Assembly: GCA_048941605.1 (NCBI GenBank)
Contig: JBHLNL010000004.1
Span: 1-64,000 of the forward strand
From: Promethearchaeota archaeon
Lineage (GTDB): Archaea > Asgardarchaeota > Lokiarchaeia > Sigyniarchaeales > SOKP01
Reading direction: 5' to 3'
Length of the DNA: 64,000 nt
Shown here piece by piece: positions 9,135 to 18,479 of this stretch. A program made the position numbers and the translations under genes. The notes beneath the pieces were generated by a model. That model was not told the origin of the DNA and searched no databases. It saw nothing but the letters and a program-made list of their open reading frames with translations. Position 1 is the stretch's first letter, and every line of letters starts with the position of its first letter.

Positions 9135-9731
9135 TTAGAATTTTTCCATCATCGTTATAGTTTTATTAACTTTTTCTTGAATGTTTTTATCGATATCAAC
9201 AATTACAATTCCTTCAGGAATAATAAAACTAGAGTCTGTTATAGGTGGTTGACCATAAAAAGCGAAATTTTTTACTCCCTCAAGTATAGGAATTGTAAGT
9301 ATGAGTGGCAGGATTAATAAATCCTCTTCACCATCAATAATTTTAATTAGTGTGTTTTTCTCAGATTCAATGACTTCTTTTAATAGTTTCCAGCATTCCT
9401 TATTAATAGTTCCTTGAGGATTTTGAAATTCAATAATTTGTTCGAAAAATTCTTCAAATTCCATGTCAATCTGATTTCTTTGAGTTTTTTCATCAATAAT
9501 ACATACTTTTATAAATTTTCTCAAGAATTCATTAGAGAGAAAATCTTTAGCAACAATATCTCCTACGATATAAAATTTTATTTCTTTACTGGTTTTTAGA
9601 TAATCCTGAAAAATATTTTCTACTTGAATAAGAGTTTCTTCTCGTTTTCCAGCTATCAAAATATCTAATGGCTCAGCAAATAAGTGCCTTTTTTCTGGAG
9701 GAATTCGTAAGTTGTAATCCATTTTATTCAA
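9135..9731 (-). CDS. DUF359/COG1909 protein (archaeal GTP-dependent dephospho-CoA kinase family)
   Basis: VGDIVAKDF, IIDGEEDLLILPLIL and YGQPPITDSSFIIPEGIVIV motifs. Occupies the conserved position between spt4 and rps24e. Confidence 0.7.
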   Translation of the reverse strand: MNKMDYNLRIPPEKRHLFAEPLDILIAGKREETLIQVENIFQDYLKTSKEIKFYIVGDIVAKDFLSNEFLRKFIKVCIIDEKTQRNQIDMEFEEFFEQIIEFQNPQGTINKECWKLLKEVIESEKNTLIKIIDGEEDLLILPLILTIPILEGVKNFAFYGQPPITDSSFIIPEGIVIVDIDKNIQEKVNKTITMMEKF

Positions 9732-9780
9732 GTTATTTAATAAAAAAAGCTTTAAAAATACTTACCAAATCAATAAAAAA

Positions 9781-9969
9781 TCATCTAACTCTTAAAGCAT
9801 ATTTCCCTGGGAAAAAAATCTTCAAGTAGTGCGCAAACCTTGATTCTTGTGGATTAATAATTATAACTTCCCCTGTGAAATCCTCACTTAGGGTGTGAGT
9901 TTTGCATTTAGGGCAAATAGTTTCATTCTTTGTTATTAAATGACAATTCTTACAAGCTTTTTCTTTCAA
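9781..9969 (-). CDS. spt4: Transcription elongation factor Spt4 (RpoE'')
   Basis: 62 aa. Zinc ribbon CKNC...CPKC followed by GEVIIINP. Directly downstream of rpoE'. Confidence 0.85.
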   Translation of the reverse strand: MKEKACKNCHLITKNETICPKCKTHTLSEDFTGEVIIINPQESRFAHYLKIFFPGKYALRVR

Positions 9970-9994
9970 ATTTATTCACTTCTATTTTTAATTT

Positions 9995-10597
9995 TTATTC
10001 TTTATCATCATCTGATTCTTCTAATTTTGCTTTTTTTCCTTCTTTTTCAGCAAATACTTCTTCAATATCATTTTCAATCCATATTTCCTTTCCAAGAAAT
10101 TTCTGTCTCATTGTTAAGCCAAGTTTTCCACTTCTTCCAGTACCTAATGAAACTGCTATAATTTTAGCTCTTACTTGATCATTAACTTCCAAGATCTTTC
10201 CAGTTTCTTTACCAATAAACCTGTTTCCAACTTGTTCATAAGAAATATAATCATCGCATATCTGAGATACATGAACCAAGCCATCTAATGGACCTAAGCG
10301 TACGAATGAACCAAAATCAACAATTTCCACCACGGTTCCTTCAACTACTTCTGAAACAGTTGGTTTGAAGGTAAGTATAGTAAATACAACCTCATGAAAG
10401 GTATTTGCATTACCAGGAATAATTATACCTTTTCCTACATCAAGTACATCTACAACTGCTATGATAAATCCATAATCTCGTGTGATAATTCCTTCATAAT
10501 CCTCTGAAAGAATTATTCTTGCGCTTACATCTTTTTCTTGGTCGAATAGAAAAGGTGGGATTTCAATCTTCCCTTCTATGGTAAATAGCTTGAACAC
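9995..10597 (-). CDS. rpoE: DNA-directed RNA polymerase subunit E' (Rpo7/Rpb7 homologue) with an S1 domain
   Basis: N-terminal Rpb7 fold (IEIPPFLF...) and S1 domain (EGTVVEIVDFGSFVRLGPLDGLVHVSQI). Acidic tail. Confidence 0.9.
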   Translation of the reverse strand: MFKLFTIEGKIEIPPFLFDQEKDVSARIILSEDYEGIITRDYGFIIAVVDVLDVGKGIIIPGNANTFHEVVFTILTFKPTVSEVVEGTVVEIVDFGSFVRLGPLDGLVHVSQICDDYISYEQVGNRFIGKETGKILEVNDQVRAKIIAVSLGTGRSGKLGLTMRQKFLGKEIWIENDIEEVFAEKEGKKAKLEESDDDKE

Positions 10598-10733
10598 GTT
10601 AGTATACCTGTTAAAATAGTGAATTTTAATGAAGTTTAGTAATTTATAGAATGCACTAAAAAATTAATAGTTTGTGGTTTTATTATCATAAAACTAGTGA
10701 AAATATGAGTTCTTTTACTTTTTCTTAGAACTC

Positions 10734-11051
10734 CTATTTTCTTGTTAAAGAGAGTCGAATAGGTCTTAAATCTGCTATTTTTTGTATGCCAGATTTAACT
10801 GAAGGATCATTTTCAAGTAAATTTCTTGCTTCTTGTTCTGTCTCTACTTCAAGTATAATAAGTCCAAATGGATCTTCTGAGATCAACGTTGGGCCAGCAA
10901 GATATAACTTTTTTTGTTCCAATAAAGATTTTAGGTAAAGAAAATGATCAGACATGATTTGATCTTCTTCCTTTTTTGGATTTATGATGAAATCCTGACG
11001 ATATGGTTTAATTATTGCATAAAAGCATTTCTTTTTTGACATAGCTATCAA
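10734..11051 (-). CDS. YciI-like (DGPF domain) protein
   Basis: HFLYLKSLLEQKKLYLAGPTL...ILEVETEQEARNLLENDPSVKSG fits the YciI family. Confidence 0.6.
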   Translation of the reverse strand: MIAMSKKKCFYAIIKPYRQDFIINPKKEEDQIMSDHFLYLKSLLEQKKLYLAGPTLISEDPFGLIILEVETEQEARNLLENDPSVKSGIQKIADLRPIRLSLTRK

Positions 11052-11204
11052 TCATTTTAATTTCTTATAAATTTAGAATTGAACTCATTTAAAGTAAAGG
11101 TTATTAGATAATTTATTGGAAATCTTATAAATATTATTTAGAATTTAATTGTTCAAACACTAGTATTATTTGAAAGATACAAATGTCAATCATTAAGTTT
11201 TATT

Positions 11205-11369
11205 ATGAAAAAATCCAAATATGGCATAATTGGTACTTTATTAATAATAATTATGATGTTTAATCAAATTTCACTTGTTACGAGTACTGATTATACATGT
11301 GCGACTGTGATTGGCGCAGAAGCTATTTGGGAGGTAAAGACCTCCCAATTGAAACTAAATATAGTTTGA
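11205..11369 (+). CDS. Possible small (54 aa) signal-anchored peptide
   Basis: Hand translation: MKKSKYGIIGTLLIIIMMFNQISLVTSTDYTCATVIGAEAIWEVKTSQLKLNIV. Below the ORF-track cutoff. Followed by a T-run at 11370..11379. No homology recognised. Confidence 0.2.
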   Translation: MKKSKYGIIGTLLIIIMMFNQISLVTSTDYTCATVIGAEAIWEVKTSQLKLNIV

Positions 11370-11499
11370 TTTTTTTTTATTTTATAATTGTTAATTTGTT
11401 TTTGAAGGGAACAGACATAAATATTAATATAAATTTCTGTTTTTTAGATGGCACTATTATCGAGAAAAAAAAAAATAAATTTATGTTAGAGAAAAGAAA

Positions 11500-12285
11500 A
11501 TGTCAATAATTATCCGAGATATGACTAAAGATGATGAATACTATGTTGGTACTTGTACCCATGTAAATGAGAATAACATTGAACGCGAAGAATCTTGTCC
11601 ACGCCGTATATCTTGGCTTAGAAGCATGGAAAAACATGGATTGAGAGTTAAAGTTGCGCTCTTAGATGGTATTCATGCTGGATTTTTATATGTCATGCCA
11701 ATAGAACTAAATCCTTGGAATATTCAAGGTAAAGATTTGATGGTATTTCCTTGCTTGGTTTCACATTCCAAATTTGCTAAAAAGGGCATTGGGAAAGAGT
11801 TAATAACTGCTGCTGAAGAAGAAACTAAAAGCCAAGATCGTAAAGGAATCGCAACTACTGGGTTTTTTTGGGATTTTTGGTTTATGCCAGCAGAATATTT
11901 TTTAAAATTAGGTTATAAAGTCGCAGAAAGACGTGGTTATGAAGCAATTTTATGGAAGCAATTTGATCAGACTGCAGAACCTCCTCATTTCCGAGAGGAA
12001 AATTACAATTTTAAACCCATTGAAGGTAAAGTTGTCATAGATTTATTTTGGAATAGATTTTGTTTAACTAGTGATGTTGAAGCTCAAAGAGTGCGGGAAG
12101 TAACTTCAGAATATGGAAAAGAGGTTATTCTTAATGAATTTTCCGTAGTTGATCAAAATATATTGCAACAATATGGCATTGAGAGAAGAATTTATGTTAA
12201 TGGTGAAATCATTGAAGTAGGTCCAGAAGTAGAAAAAAGCAAACTTAGAGAAGCGATTGATAGTGCTTTAACTTTTTTAAGGTAG
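11500..12285 (+). CDS. GNAT-family N-acetyltransferase with an extra C-terminal domain
   Basis: The acetyl-CoA binding motif region KKGIGKELITAAEEE lies in the N-terminal half. The C-terminal ~100 aa are not assigned. Confidence 0.55.
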   Translation: MSIIIRDMTKDDEYYVGTCTHVNENNIEREESCPRRISWLRSMEKHGLRVKVALLDGIHAGFLYVMPIELNPWNIQGKDLMVFPCLVSHSKFAKKGIGKELITAAEEETKSQDRKGIATTGFFWDFWFMPAEYFLKLGYKVAERRGYEAILWKQFDQTAEPPHFREENYNFKPIEGKVVIDLFWNRFCLTSDVEAQRVREVTSEYGKEVILNEFSVVDQNILQQYGIERRIYVNGEIIEVGPEVEKSKLREAIDSALTFLR

Positions 12286-12436
12286 TTTTTGAATAAGAAT
12301 ATTTTTTTTTCCTCTTAATAACTTAGATTCCTTTAGAAATCCTTAAATATTTAATATGAATATAGGATTGTGGTGTATAGTTAAAGGACTATACAAAAGC
12401 AAATCCAATATAAAAAAGATAAAGGAGGCTATAAAA

Positions 12437-12751
12437 ATGATTTTTATCATGTATTGGGAGCTTAATACAGATTTTGATCCATCAGAATTAGCAGGGGTTG
12501 CCCAAACGTTAATAAGCAAAAAAATCTGGCCAGTAGAAGGTACTAAAGAAATTGCGTGGTATGTTAGTACTTCTGATTATTGGGGGATAACCATAGTAGA
12601 AGCTGAAAATGAGGAGCAAATGACAGAAGTAACAGCCATGTGGAGAATTGCTAAACCAGGTATCTTTAAACTCGTTAAAACCACTCCAGCAATGGAAATT
12701 GTTAAAGTACTCCCAGTATTAATGAAATTGGCTAAGAAAATAAAAGAATAA
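12437..12751 (+). CDS. Small conserved hypothetical protein (DUF3303-like)
   Basis: AGGAGG lies 8 nt before the ATG at 12437, so I prefer this start over the ORF-track start at 12356. MYWELNTDFDP...WGITIVEAENEEQ resembles DUF3303. Confidence 0.4.
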   Translation: MIFIMYWELNTDFDPSELAGVAQTLISKKIWPVEGTKEIAWYVSTSDYWGITIVEAENEEQMTEVTAMWRIAKPGIFKLVKTTPAMEIVKVLPVLMKLAKKIKE

Positions 12752-12809
12752 AAGAAATGACAAAAAACTAATTCAAAACTTCCTTTTTTTTATTTTTGTA
12801 AATTTCCAA

Positions 12810-13142
12810 TTATTTGGAAGTTTTAGTCTTATTCATTAACTTCTTCAAAAAATCTTTCCTTATGGGATAAAAGATATCAAGCATTATGAATGGTTCATCA
12901 CTGATACAAGTATCACTATGAGGAGTTGAAGATGGAATATAGAAAAAATCCCCTTTGCTAACAATGCGTTCTTCATCTCCAATTTGAAGTCTTGCTTTAC
13001 CGGCATAGACCATACCTACCTGCTCATGTGGATGAGAGTGTGTTGGAACTGAATGCCCAGGTAAGGTGGCATTAAGTGCCATCATCATTTTTTCATTACT
13101 TAATCCTGTGAGAATTGTTGTTTCTAATCCTTCCATTTGCAT
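12810..13142 (-). CDS. Cupin-domain protein
   Basis: Cupin motifs PTHSHPHEQVGMVYAG and GDFFYIPSSTPH. Confidence 0.7.
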   Translation of the reverse strand: MQMEGLETTILTGLSNEKMMMALNATLPGHSVPTHSHPHEQVGMVYAGKARLQIGDEERIVSKGDFFYIPSSTPHSDTCISDEPFIMLDIFYPIRKDFLKKLMNKTKTSK

Positions 13143-13324
13143 GAATTTAGGAGCATCTTCAATATTTATAAAAAATTTTCTTTTTTTATCTTGGATGTTA
13201 ACCGACTCCTTTTTAATTGATTATAAAAGATTAATAAATCAACTAACTATGATCTTATTAATTATCTTATTACTATACACAATTGTTATTAAATTATTAT
13301 AAGAATGAAAAAAGTGAGAAATTA

Positions 13325-14044
13325 ATGGATAAGAATCGACCTGAAACGACTCTTTTTTTAATGCAATCATTAGATGGAAAAATTTCTACGGGGGATGTCG
13401 ATGAGAGAGATCAAGAAATTGATTTTCCTAAAATTAAAGGGATTAGGGAAGGCAATTATCAATATTATGAGTTCTTATTTAGGACTGAAAGACATGCATT
13501 AATTAGTGGAAAAGTATTGGCTAAAATTGGAGTTAACTTTCGTGAAAAGGCGGATGATCATAAGGATGTGAACCAAATTATTATTGATCGTAAGCCACAT
13601 CTTACTAAGAAAGGAGTCAAATATCTAATAGAATCCTTTAAGTCTATTTATATTGTAACAAACAACAAACACCATCCTGCTTTCGAATTTTCGAATGAAA
13701 AAGGATTAATTATTATCTATTATCCATCTCATATTGATTTGAAAGATTTATTTGAAAGACTTAAGCAGGAATATAAAATTGAAAAAGTATCGATACAATC
13801 AGGGGGCTTATTAAATTCCTTTTTTCTAAGACTTAAGCTTATCGATCATGTTGCTATTATTATCGCCCCTTGCTTGATTGGCGGGAAAGGTACACCTACA
13901 TTAATAGATGGAGTAGCTCCTCAGACTGATGAGGATTTATTTAATATTAAAGCTCTCGAACTTAAAAAATGTGAGAAGTTAGAACATTCCTACATCTATC
14001 TTTATTATGATGTAATAAATGATACAATTTTAGAAAAAGATTAG
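13325..14044 (+). CDS. RibD C-terminal / dihydrofolate-reductase-like reductase domain protein
   Basis: TLFLMQSLDGKISTG and IQSGGLLNSFFL...APCLIGG motifs. ATG at 13325 is preferred over the upstream TTG. Confidence 0.55.
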   Translation: MDKNRPETTLFLMQSLDGKISTGDVDERDQEIDFPKIKGIREGNYQYYEFLFRTERHALISGKVLAKIGVNFREKADDHKDVNQIIIDRKPHLTKKGVKYLIESFKSIYIVTNNKHHPAFEFSNEKGLIIIYYPSHIDLKDLFERLKQEYKIEKVSIQSGGLLNSFFLRLKLIDHVAIIIAPCLIGGKGTPTLIDGVAPQTDEDLFNIKALELKKCEKLEHSYIYLYYDVINDTILEKD

Positions 14045-14145
14045 ATTAGCTTTATTATTTTCTCACAACTCCTTTTAGAATATTTTTAATTCTCTTGGTT
14101 GATCCAATAATATATAAAAACATGATCATCTTTAAGTAAAATAAG

Positions 14146-14832
14146 ATGAGAATCACTTCTGCTACAATCATTACGATAATCTTTATAATTAACATTCATG
14201 GAAGCTCTTTAATTATGAATAGTTACAGTGGAGTAGAGCTCCTATATTTTGAGACGATTAGAATAGGACATTCTTGTAATCACGCCAATAACACAGATTA
14301 TATAATTAACACTTATGATGAGTGGGAGGACTTATGGAACATCTCGTTTTCATCACACTACCCTATGCCAGTTTTACCATCTATTAATTTTACAGAAAAT
14401 ACTATCATGGCTACCTATTTTGGAGAAAAACCTACTAGTGGATATTCAATTATGATAATTGGAATTGTTGAAAATGATGACCAGATTATTGTTAATGTAG
14501 CGGAAGTAAGTCCTAGCGGATGGACAAGCACATTACAAATAGTTACTCATCCCTATCATATTGTTAGAACAGAAAAAATAATAAAACCTGTAATTTTCAA
14601 TCATTTTGTTGCCTATTATATTGATCCATTCACTATTACCTTGGTATCTCTTTTTATAATATGTGGAATATGTGGAATAATACTTTATATTAGATTAAAA
14701 AATAAAAGAATTGGCCGACTAATTCAAAAAAACTCTAAACGAATTAAATTAGAAAGAGATTTATTAAAACACGGGTATGATCCAAAAGAAATGTTAGGTG
14801 ATAATAAAGAAAATTCAAATAATAAGAAATAA
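14146..14832 (+). CDS. Signal-anchored PrcB_C-like domain protein with a C-terminal TM helix, paralog 1
   Basis: INTYDEWEDLWN...INFTENTIMATYFGEKPTSGYSIMI resembles the PrcB C-terminal domain. Has an N-terminal signal anchor and a C-terminal TM helix plus a basic tail. Confidence 0.45.
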   Translation: MRITSATIITIIFIINIHGSSLIMNSYSGVELLYFETIRIGHSCNHANNTDYIINTYDEWEDLWNISFSSHYPMPVLPSINFTENTIMATYFGEKPTSGYSIMIIGIVENDDQIIVNVAEVSPSGWTSTLQIVTHPYHIVRTEKIIKPVIFNHFVAYYIDPFTITLVSLFIICGICGIILYIRLKNKRIGRLIQKNSKRIKLERDLLKHGYDPKEMLGDNKENSNNKK

Positions 14833-14964
14833 ATTCTTTTGTATAGTCATAGAAAAAGGCTAAATCAACTTTATTATTTTCTCACAACTATTTTTAGAAT
14901 ATTTTCAATTTTCTCAGTTAATTCAATAATATATATAAATATAATTAGCTTAATTTAAACTGAG

Positions 14965-15537
14965 ATGCGAATCACTTCTACAATAACCCTTATTGTAATC
15001 TTTTTAATTAACATTACTGGAAGCATTTTCATTGTAAATAATTATAGAGTAGAGGAGCAACTATATTTTGAAACAGTTAGAAAAGGATATTTTTGTAATC
15101 ATATAAATAAAGCAGATTATATAATTAACACTTATCAGGAGTGGGAGACCTTATGGAATCTCATGTTTTCAGACGTTTCTTCTATACCAACTATACCCAA
15201 TATTAATTTTTTAGAAAATACTGTCATAGCTTCCTATATGGGAGAAAAATCTACTAGTGGATATGAAATTGAGATAATTAGAATTGTTGATACTGGTGCC
15301 CTGATTATTGTTCGTTTAGTGGAAAAAAGCCCTAACGAAGGAGATGGAGTATTCCCAGCATTTACTCAACCCTATCACATCGTTAAAACAGAAAAAATAA
15401 CAAAAGCTATAATTATCAATCAATCTATTTCCTATAATATTAGTTCATTCAATATTAACTTGGTATTTATTTTTTTAATTTGCGTAATATGCGGGTTGAT
15501 ATTTTATATTAGATTAAGAAAGATTAAATTAGGATAA
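14965..15537 (+). CDS. Signal-anchored PrcB_C-like domain protein with a C-terminal TM helix, paralog 2
   Basis: Collinear with 14146..14832 (MRITS..., INTYQEWETLWN, GEKSTSGYEIEI, QPYHIVKTEKI). Confidence 0.45.
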   Translation: MRITSTITLIVIFLINITGSIFIVNNYRVEEQLYFETVRKGYFCNHINKADYIINTYQEWETLWNLMFSDVSSIPTIPNINFLENTVIASYMGEKSTSGYEIEIIRIVDTGALIIVRLVEKSPNEGDGVFPAFTQPYHIVKTEKITKAIIINQSISYNISSFNINLVFIFLICVICGLIFYIRLRKIKLG

Positions 15538-15600
15538 AATAGGAAGATTAAATTTACATTTTAACTCCAAACTTTAATAACAAGAAATATTAGAAAAAGA

Positions 15601-15978
15601 CTAGATTAATTTTGCGATTTTTTCACATGTTCGCTTACAATCCAAAAATATTAACCCTAATCTTACATCCTTCGTTGTAGAAACAGTTAATACGGCATTG
15701 GGGCCAGCTTGTAGCACGAGGAGATAACCATCGCTTCCCTTAACATATAGCTGGTCAAATTCCCCTTTTTCCATCTCGATAACCGATCTTTCGGCTAAGG
15801 AGAGTAACGCAGCAGTCATCGCGGCGATCCTAGTCTCGTCAACTCCTTGAGGAAGCGCTGAAGCGATTGGTAAACCTTCGGCAGATACAATAGCGGCAGC
15901 TTTTACTTCGGGGATAGCTGCGAGCAATTTTTTAAGAATGTCATCTAAATTTTCAGTTGTGGGTTCCAAAGGAATCAT
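15601..15978 (-). CDS. Roadblock/LC7 (MglB-like) domain protein
   Basis: LLAAIPEVKAAAIVSAEGLPIASALP...AAMTAALLSLAERS...LYVKGSDGYLLV is the typical Roadblock/LC7 pattern. Confidence 0.8.
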   Translation of the reverse strand: MIPLEPTTENLDDILKKLLAAIPEVKAAAIVSAEGLPIASALPQGVDETRIAAMTAALLSLAERSVIEMEKGEFDQLYVKGSDGYLLVLQAGPNAVLTVSTTKDVRLGLIFLDCKRTCEKIAKLI

Positions 15979-16206
15979 TTTTTTGGTAATTAATAATTAG
16001 GATATATTTTGATGGTACAATCTTACTATATTATATTAGATATAATTTACTTATTTTAATTTTATTTATTTTTTTTTATTTCTTATTGGCTAATAAATTA
16101 TATTATTATTTCTTTATTAATTAACTTTAGAAATTTTTGTAGTAAATTACCTTAAGCACTGTTATTGATTTTATTAAGTTTATACTTGTACTAATTATCA
16201 AAATTA

Positions 16207-17259
16207 TTATTTAAATATTTTAGTCATTTCTATCATTGTATTAATATTTATAGGGTCACATTTTTTGTTGATTTGTTGTGAAGGAGAAATTACTAGAGAG
16301 CAGTTATTTTCTTTTGCTTTTGTTATTAATTTGACAGTATAATCTCTTACTTCTTGAGGTGTGCCAAAGGATAAAAGATTTATGTCTAGATTTCCAATAA
16401 AGCAAATTTGATTATTAAATTTCTTGAAAAGATTAAAAATATCTACTCCCGCGTTAGGTTCTAAACTCTGGATTGCATCAAAGCCTAAATTAATGAATGT
16501 GTCAATCATATCAGAAACATATCCATCAGAATGTAATATGACATGCTGCTTTTTCTGATGGATAATATTAATAATTTCTTTATAATCATCATTAAACAAT
16601 TTCTGCCACATTTCTTTTGGTATGAATGTTCTTTTTTTATATCCCACATCATCTGCTATCAAAAATAAATTTACACCTAATTTTTGTAGAGTTTTAATCA
16701 AAATTCTCACATAGTCAGAGAAAAATGAAATTGCTATTTTAAGAAAGTCCAAATTTTGGTTTTTTAGACATTTAGCAAAATTACTAAATCCCATTGATTG
16801 CCAAGTTTTTTCGAATAAACCAGGTAAAGAAATTACGTAATCTAAATTTATTCTTGCGCTTGTTAAAAAATCTTTTAATAACTCTAAACTTTTCTTAGAA
16901 GGAAGGTTTAGATACTCCCAATTCTGAATTATTTTTTCATTTTTAAAAACACCATCCCACATATACCATTCTCCTTGATATATACGTCCCCAACCATCTA
17001 CTCTTCTCTTATCATCTAATATATAACCCCCTTCTCCTCGTCGGAAATCCCATAAAGAGATAGCGTCAAAGCCCATTTGTTGAATTATATTATAATTCTT
17101 TTTCTTTAACATAAAGTCTATATTATCAGATTTAAGATTATATTGATCTATATATTTATCAACAAACTCTAATTCAGGGTATCCTGTGCAATACAATGGA
17201 ATTTGTGCTGTTTTCTCTTTATTTAATGCTTTAAGAAAATCACTTTTAGGTTTATACAT
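16207..17259 (-). CDS. Uroporphyrinogen-decarboxylase (URO-D) family protein, MtaA/CmuA-like methyltransferase type
   Basis: 350 aa. ILHSDGYVSDMIDTFINLGFDAIQSLEP and FIGNLD resemble the URO-D family C-terminal half. Substrate unknown. Confidence 0.5.
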   Translation of the reverse strand: MYKPKSDFLKALNKEKTAQIPLYCTGYPELEFVDKYIDQYNLKSDNIDFMLKKKNYNIIQQMGFDAISLWDFRRGEGGYILDDKRRVDGWGRIYQGEWYMWDGVFKNEKIIQNWEYLNLPSKKSLELLKDFLTSARINLDYVISLPGLFEKTWQSMGFSNFAKCLKNQNLDFLKIAISFFSDYVRILIKTLQKLGVNLFLIADDVGYKKRTFIPKEMWQKLFNDDYKEIINIIHQKKQHVILHSDGYVSDMIDTFINLGFDAIQSLEPNAGVDIFNLFKKFNNQICFIGNLDINLLSFGTPQEVRDYTVKLITKAKENNCSLVISPSQQINKKCDPININTMIEMTKIFK

Positions 17260-17330
17260 AATTAAAGCTAAACTAATTATTAGATTATAAATTATTTCAA
17301 TAATTAATACAATTCTTTACAAGATTGCCT

Positions 17331-18479
17331 ATGGACTATTGGACAATTGTTGATATTGGTTACAATGTAACTTTATCACTTTCCTTTTTTATCCTTATGG
17401 TTTTTATGTTTCGTATCGGTAGAAAAGGAATTAAAGCAAATAATAAGTATGGAGGAATTTCAACAATATTATGTGGTTTTTGTTTCTTGATTTTCGGAAT
17501 TTATAATTTATTCTTCAGATTTTTTGTTTATCCATATAATGGATTTATGGTGTGGTGGATAGGTATGAATTTAGTTATCGCACTAATTTTTTCCAAGTTG
17601 ATAAAGAGAGCAACATATAAAATTAGTCTAGAAAATGAAGATTCAAAATTGGAGAGTGGAAAAAAGCCAGTCTTAAGAAGATATGTTGAGCGAATGACTC
17701 AGGAAAACCCATATAGTGATAATATTACTTTTAAAATGGAAGTAATAAGAAAAACTTTTCATCTAATGGGTTTGCTTCTTGTTTTAGCATATTTTGGTTT
17801 TTTTAATCTCCTTTTTCCAGTAACTCGTATAATTAGTGATAGTGTTATTGATTTAATTCATAATATTCAACCTGCCTATGAATTAATTTGGGGACCAATT
17901 GAGTTATTCCCATTTGGTATTGGAGATTTTGAAGCGGTAATTTATCTTACAATGATGGCTTTAATTGGAGCTTTAATGTTTGCTATAATTTCTGATTTAA
18001 TTAGAATAATTTGGGGTCCACAATATTCCATTTTCAATTTTTTGACGAGATCGATGTTAAGAAATAAAGAAATAAATGCTACAGGTCCACAGATTTACAT
18101 TATTACAGGTTTTGCGTTTTCTTATATGCTATTTATGGCAGGAATAATCAATATTTTATCTTTTTTTTCAGGAGTACTTATAGCATGCCTAGCTGATGCA
18201 GCAGCCGCACTAATTGGACGAAGATATGGAAAGCATAAAATTAGGGTTAGAAGTAGGGATTATAAATCACTAGAAGGCTTTCTAGCAGGAACAATTGTTG
18301 CTTACCTTATAGGTTTAATAATTGTAGGGCCAATTTATGCAATTATAGGAGCTTTAGTTTTCTTTTTAACTGATTATTTACCAATATATACGGCGGACAA
18401 CATTTTAAATCCAATTTTTATTCCTATAGGGATACAGCTTTTTATATTTTTATTAGGATTACCAGTAGGATGGTTTTGA
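17331..18479 (+). CDS. Polytopic membrane protein of the dolichol/polyprenol kinase - cytidylyltransferase family
   Basis: LADAAAALIGRRYGKHKI...KSLEGFLAG motif within about 10 TM helices. ATG at 17331 (the ORF-track TTG is at 17325). Confidence 0.5.
   Translation: MDYWTIVDIGYNVTLSLSFFILMVFMFRIGRKGIKANNKYGGISTILCGFCFLIFGIYNLFFRFFVYPYNGFMVWWIGMNLVIALIFSKLIKRATYKISLENEDSKLESGKKPVLRRYVERMTQENPYSDNITFKMEVIRKTFHLMGLLLVLAYFGFFNLLFPVTRIISDSVIDLIHNIQPAYELIWGPIELFPFGIGDFEAVIYLTMMALIGALMFAIISDLIRIIWGPQYSIFNFLTRSMLRNKEINATGPQIYIITGFAFSYMLFMAGIINILSFFSGVLIACLADAAAALIGRRYGKHKIRVRSRDYKSLEGFLAGTIVAYLIGLIIVGPIYAIIGALVFFLTDYLPIYTADNILNPIFIPIGIQLFIFLLGLPVGWF

Larger units (their letters stand above)
14050..15537 (+). 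repeat. Tandem gene duplication with 819-nt period (upstream region plus CDS)
   Basis: ctttattattttctcacaact..tttagaatatttt occurs at 14050 and again at 14869. The start codons at 14146 and 14965 are also 819 nt apart. Confidence 0.8.

Noticed and set aside
9930-10178. Two overlapping plus-strand ORFs (82 and 73 aa) opposite spt4/rpoE'
   Set aside because: They lie antisense to highly conserved RNAP subunit genes, and their translations are low-complexity.
11297-11509. 70-aa plus-strand ORF upstream of the GNAT gene
   Set aside because: The translation is low-complexity. The ORF spans the hairpin and T-run and overlaps the GNAT start. The shorter signal-peptide ORF in another frame (11205..11369) is at least as plausible, and neither is strongly supported.
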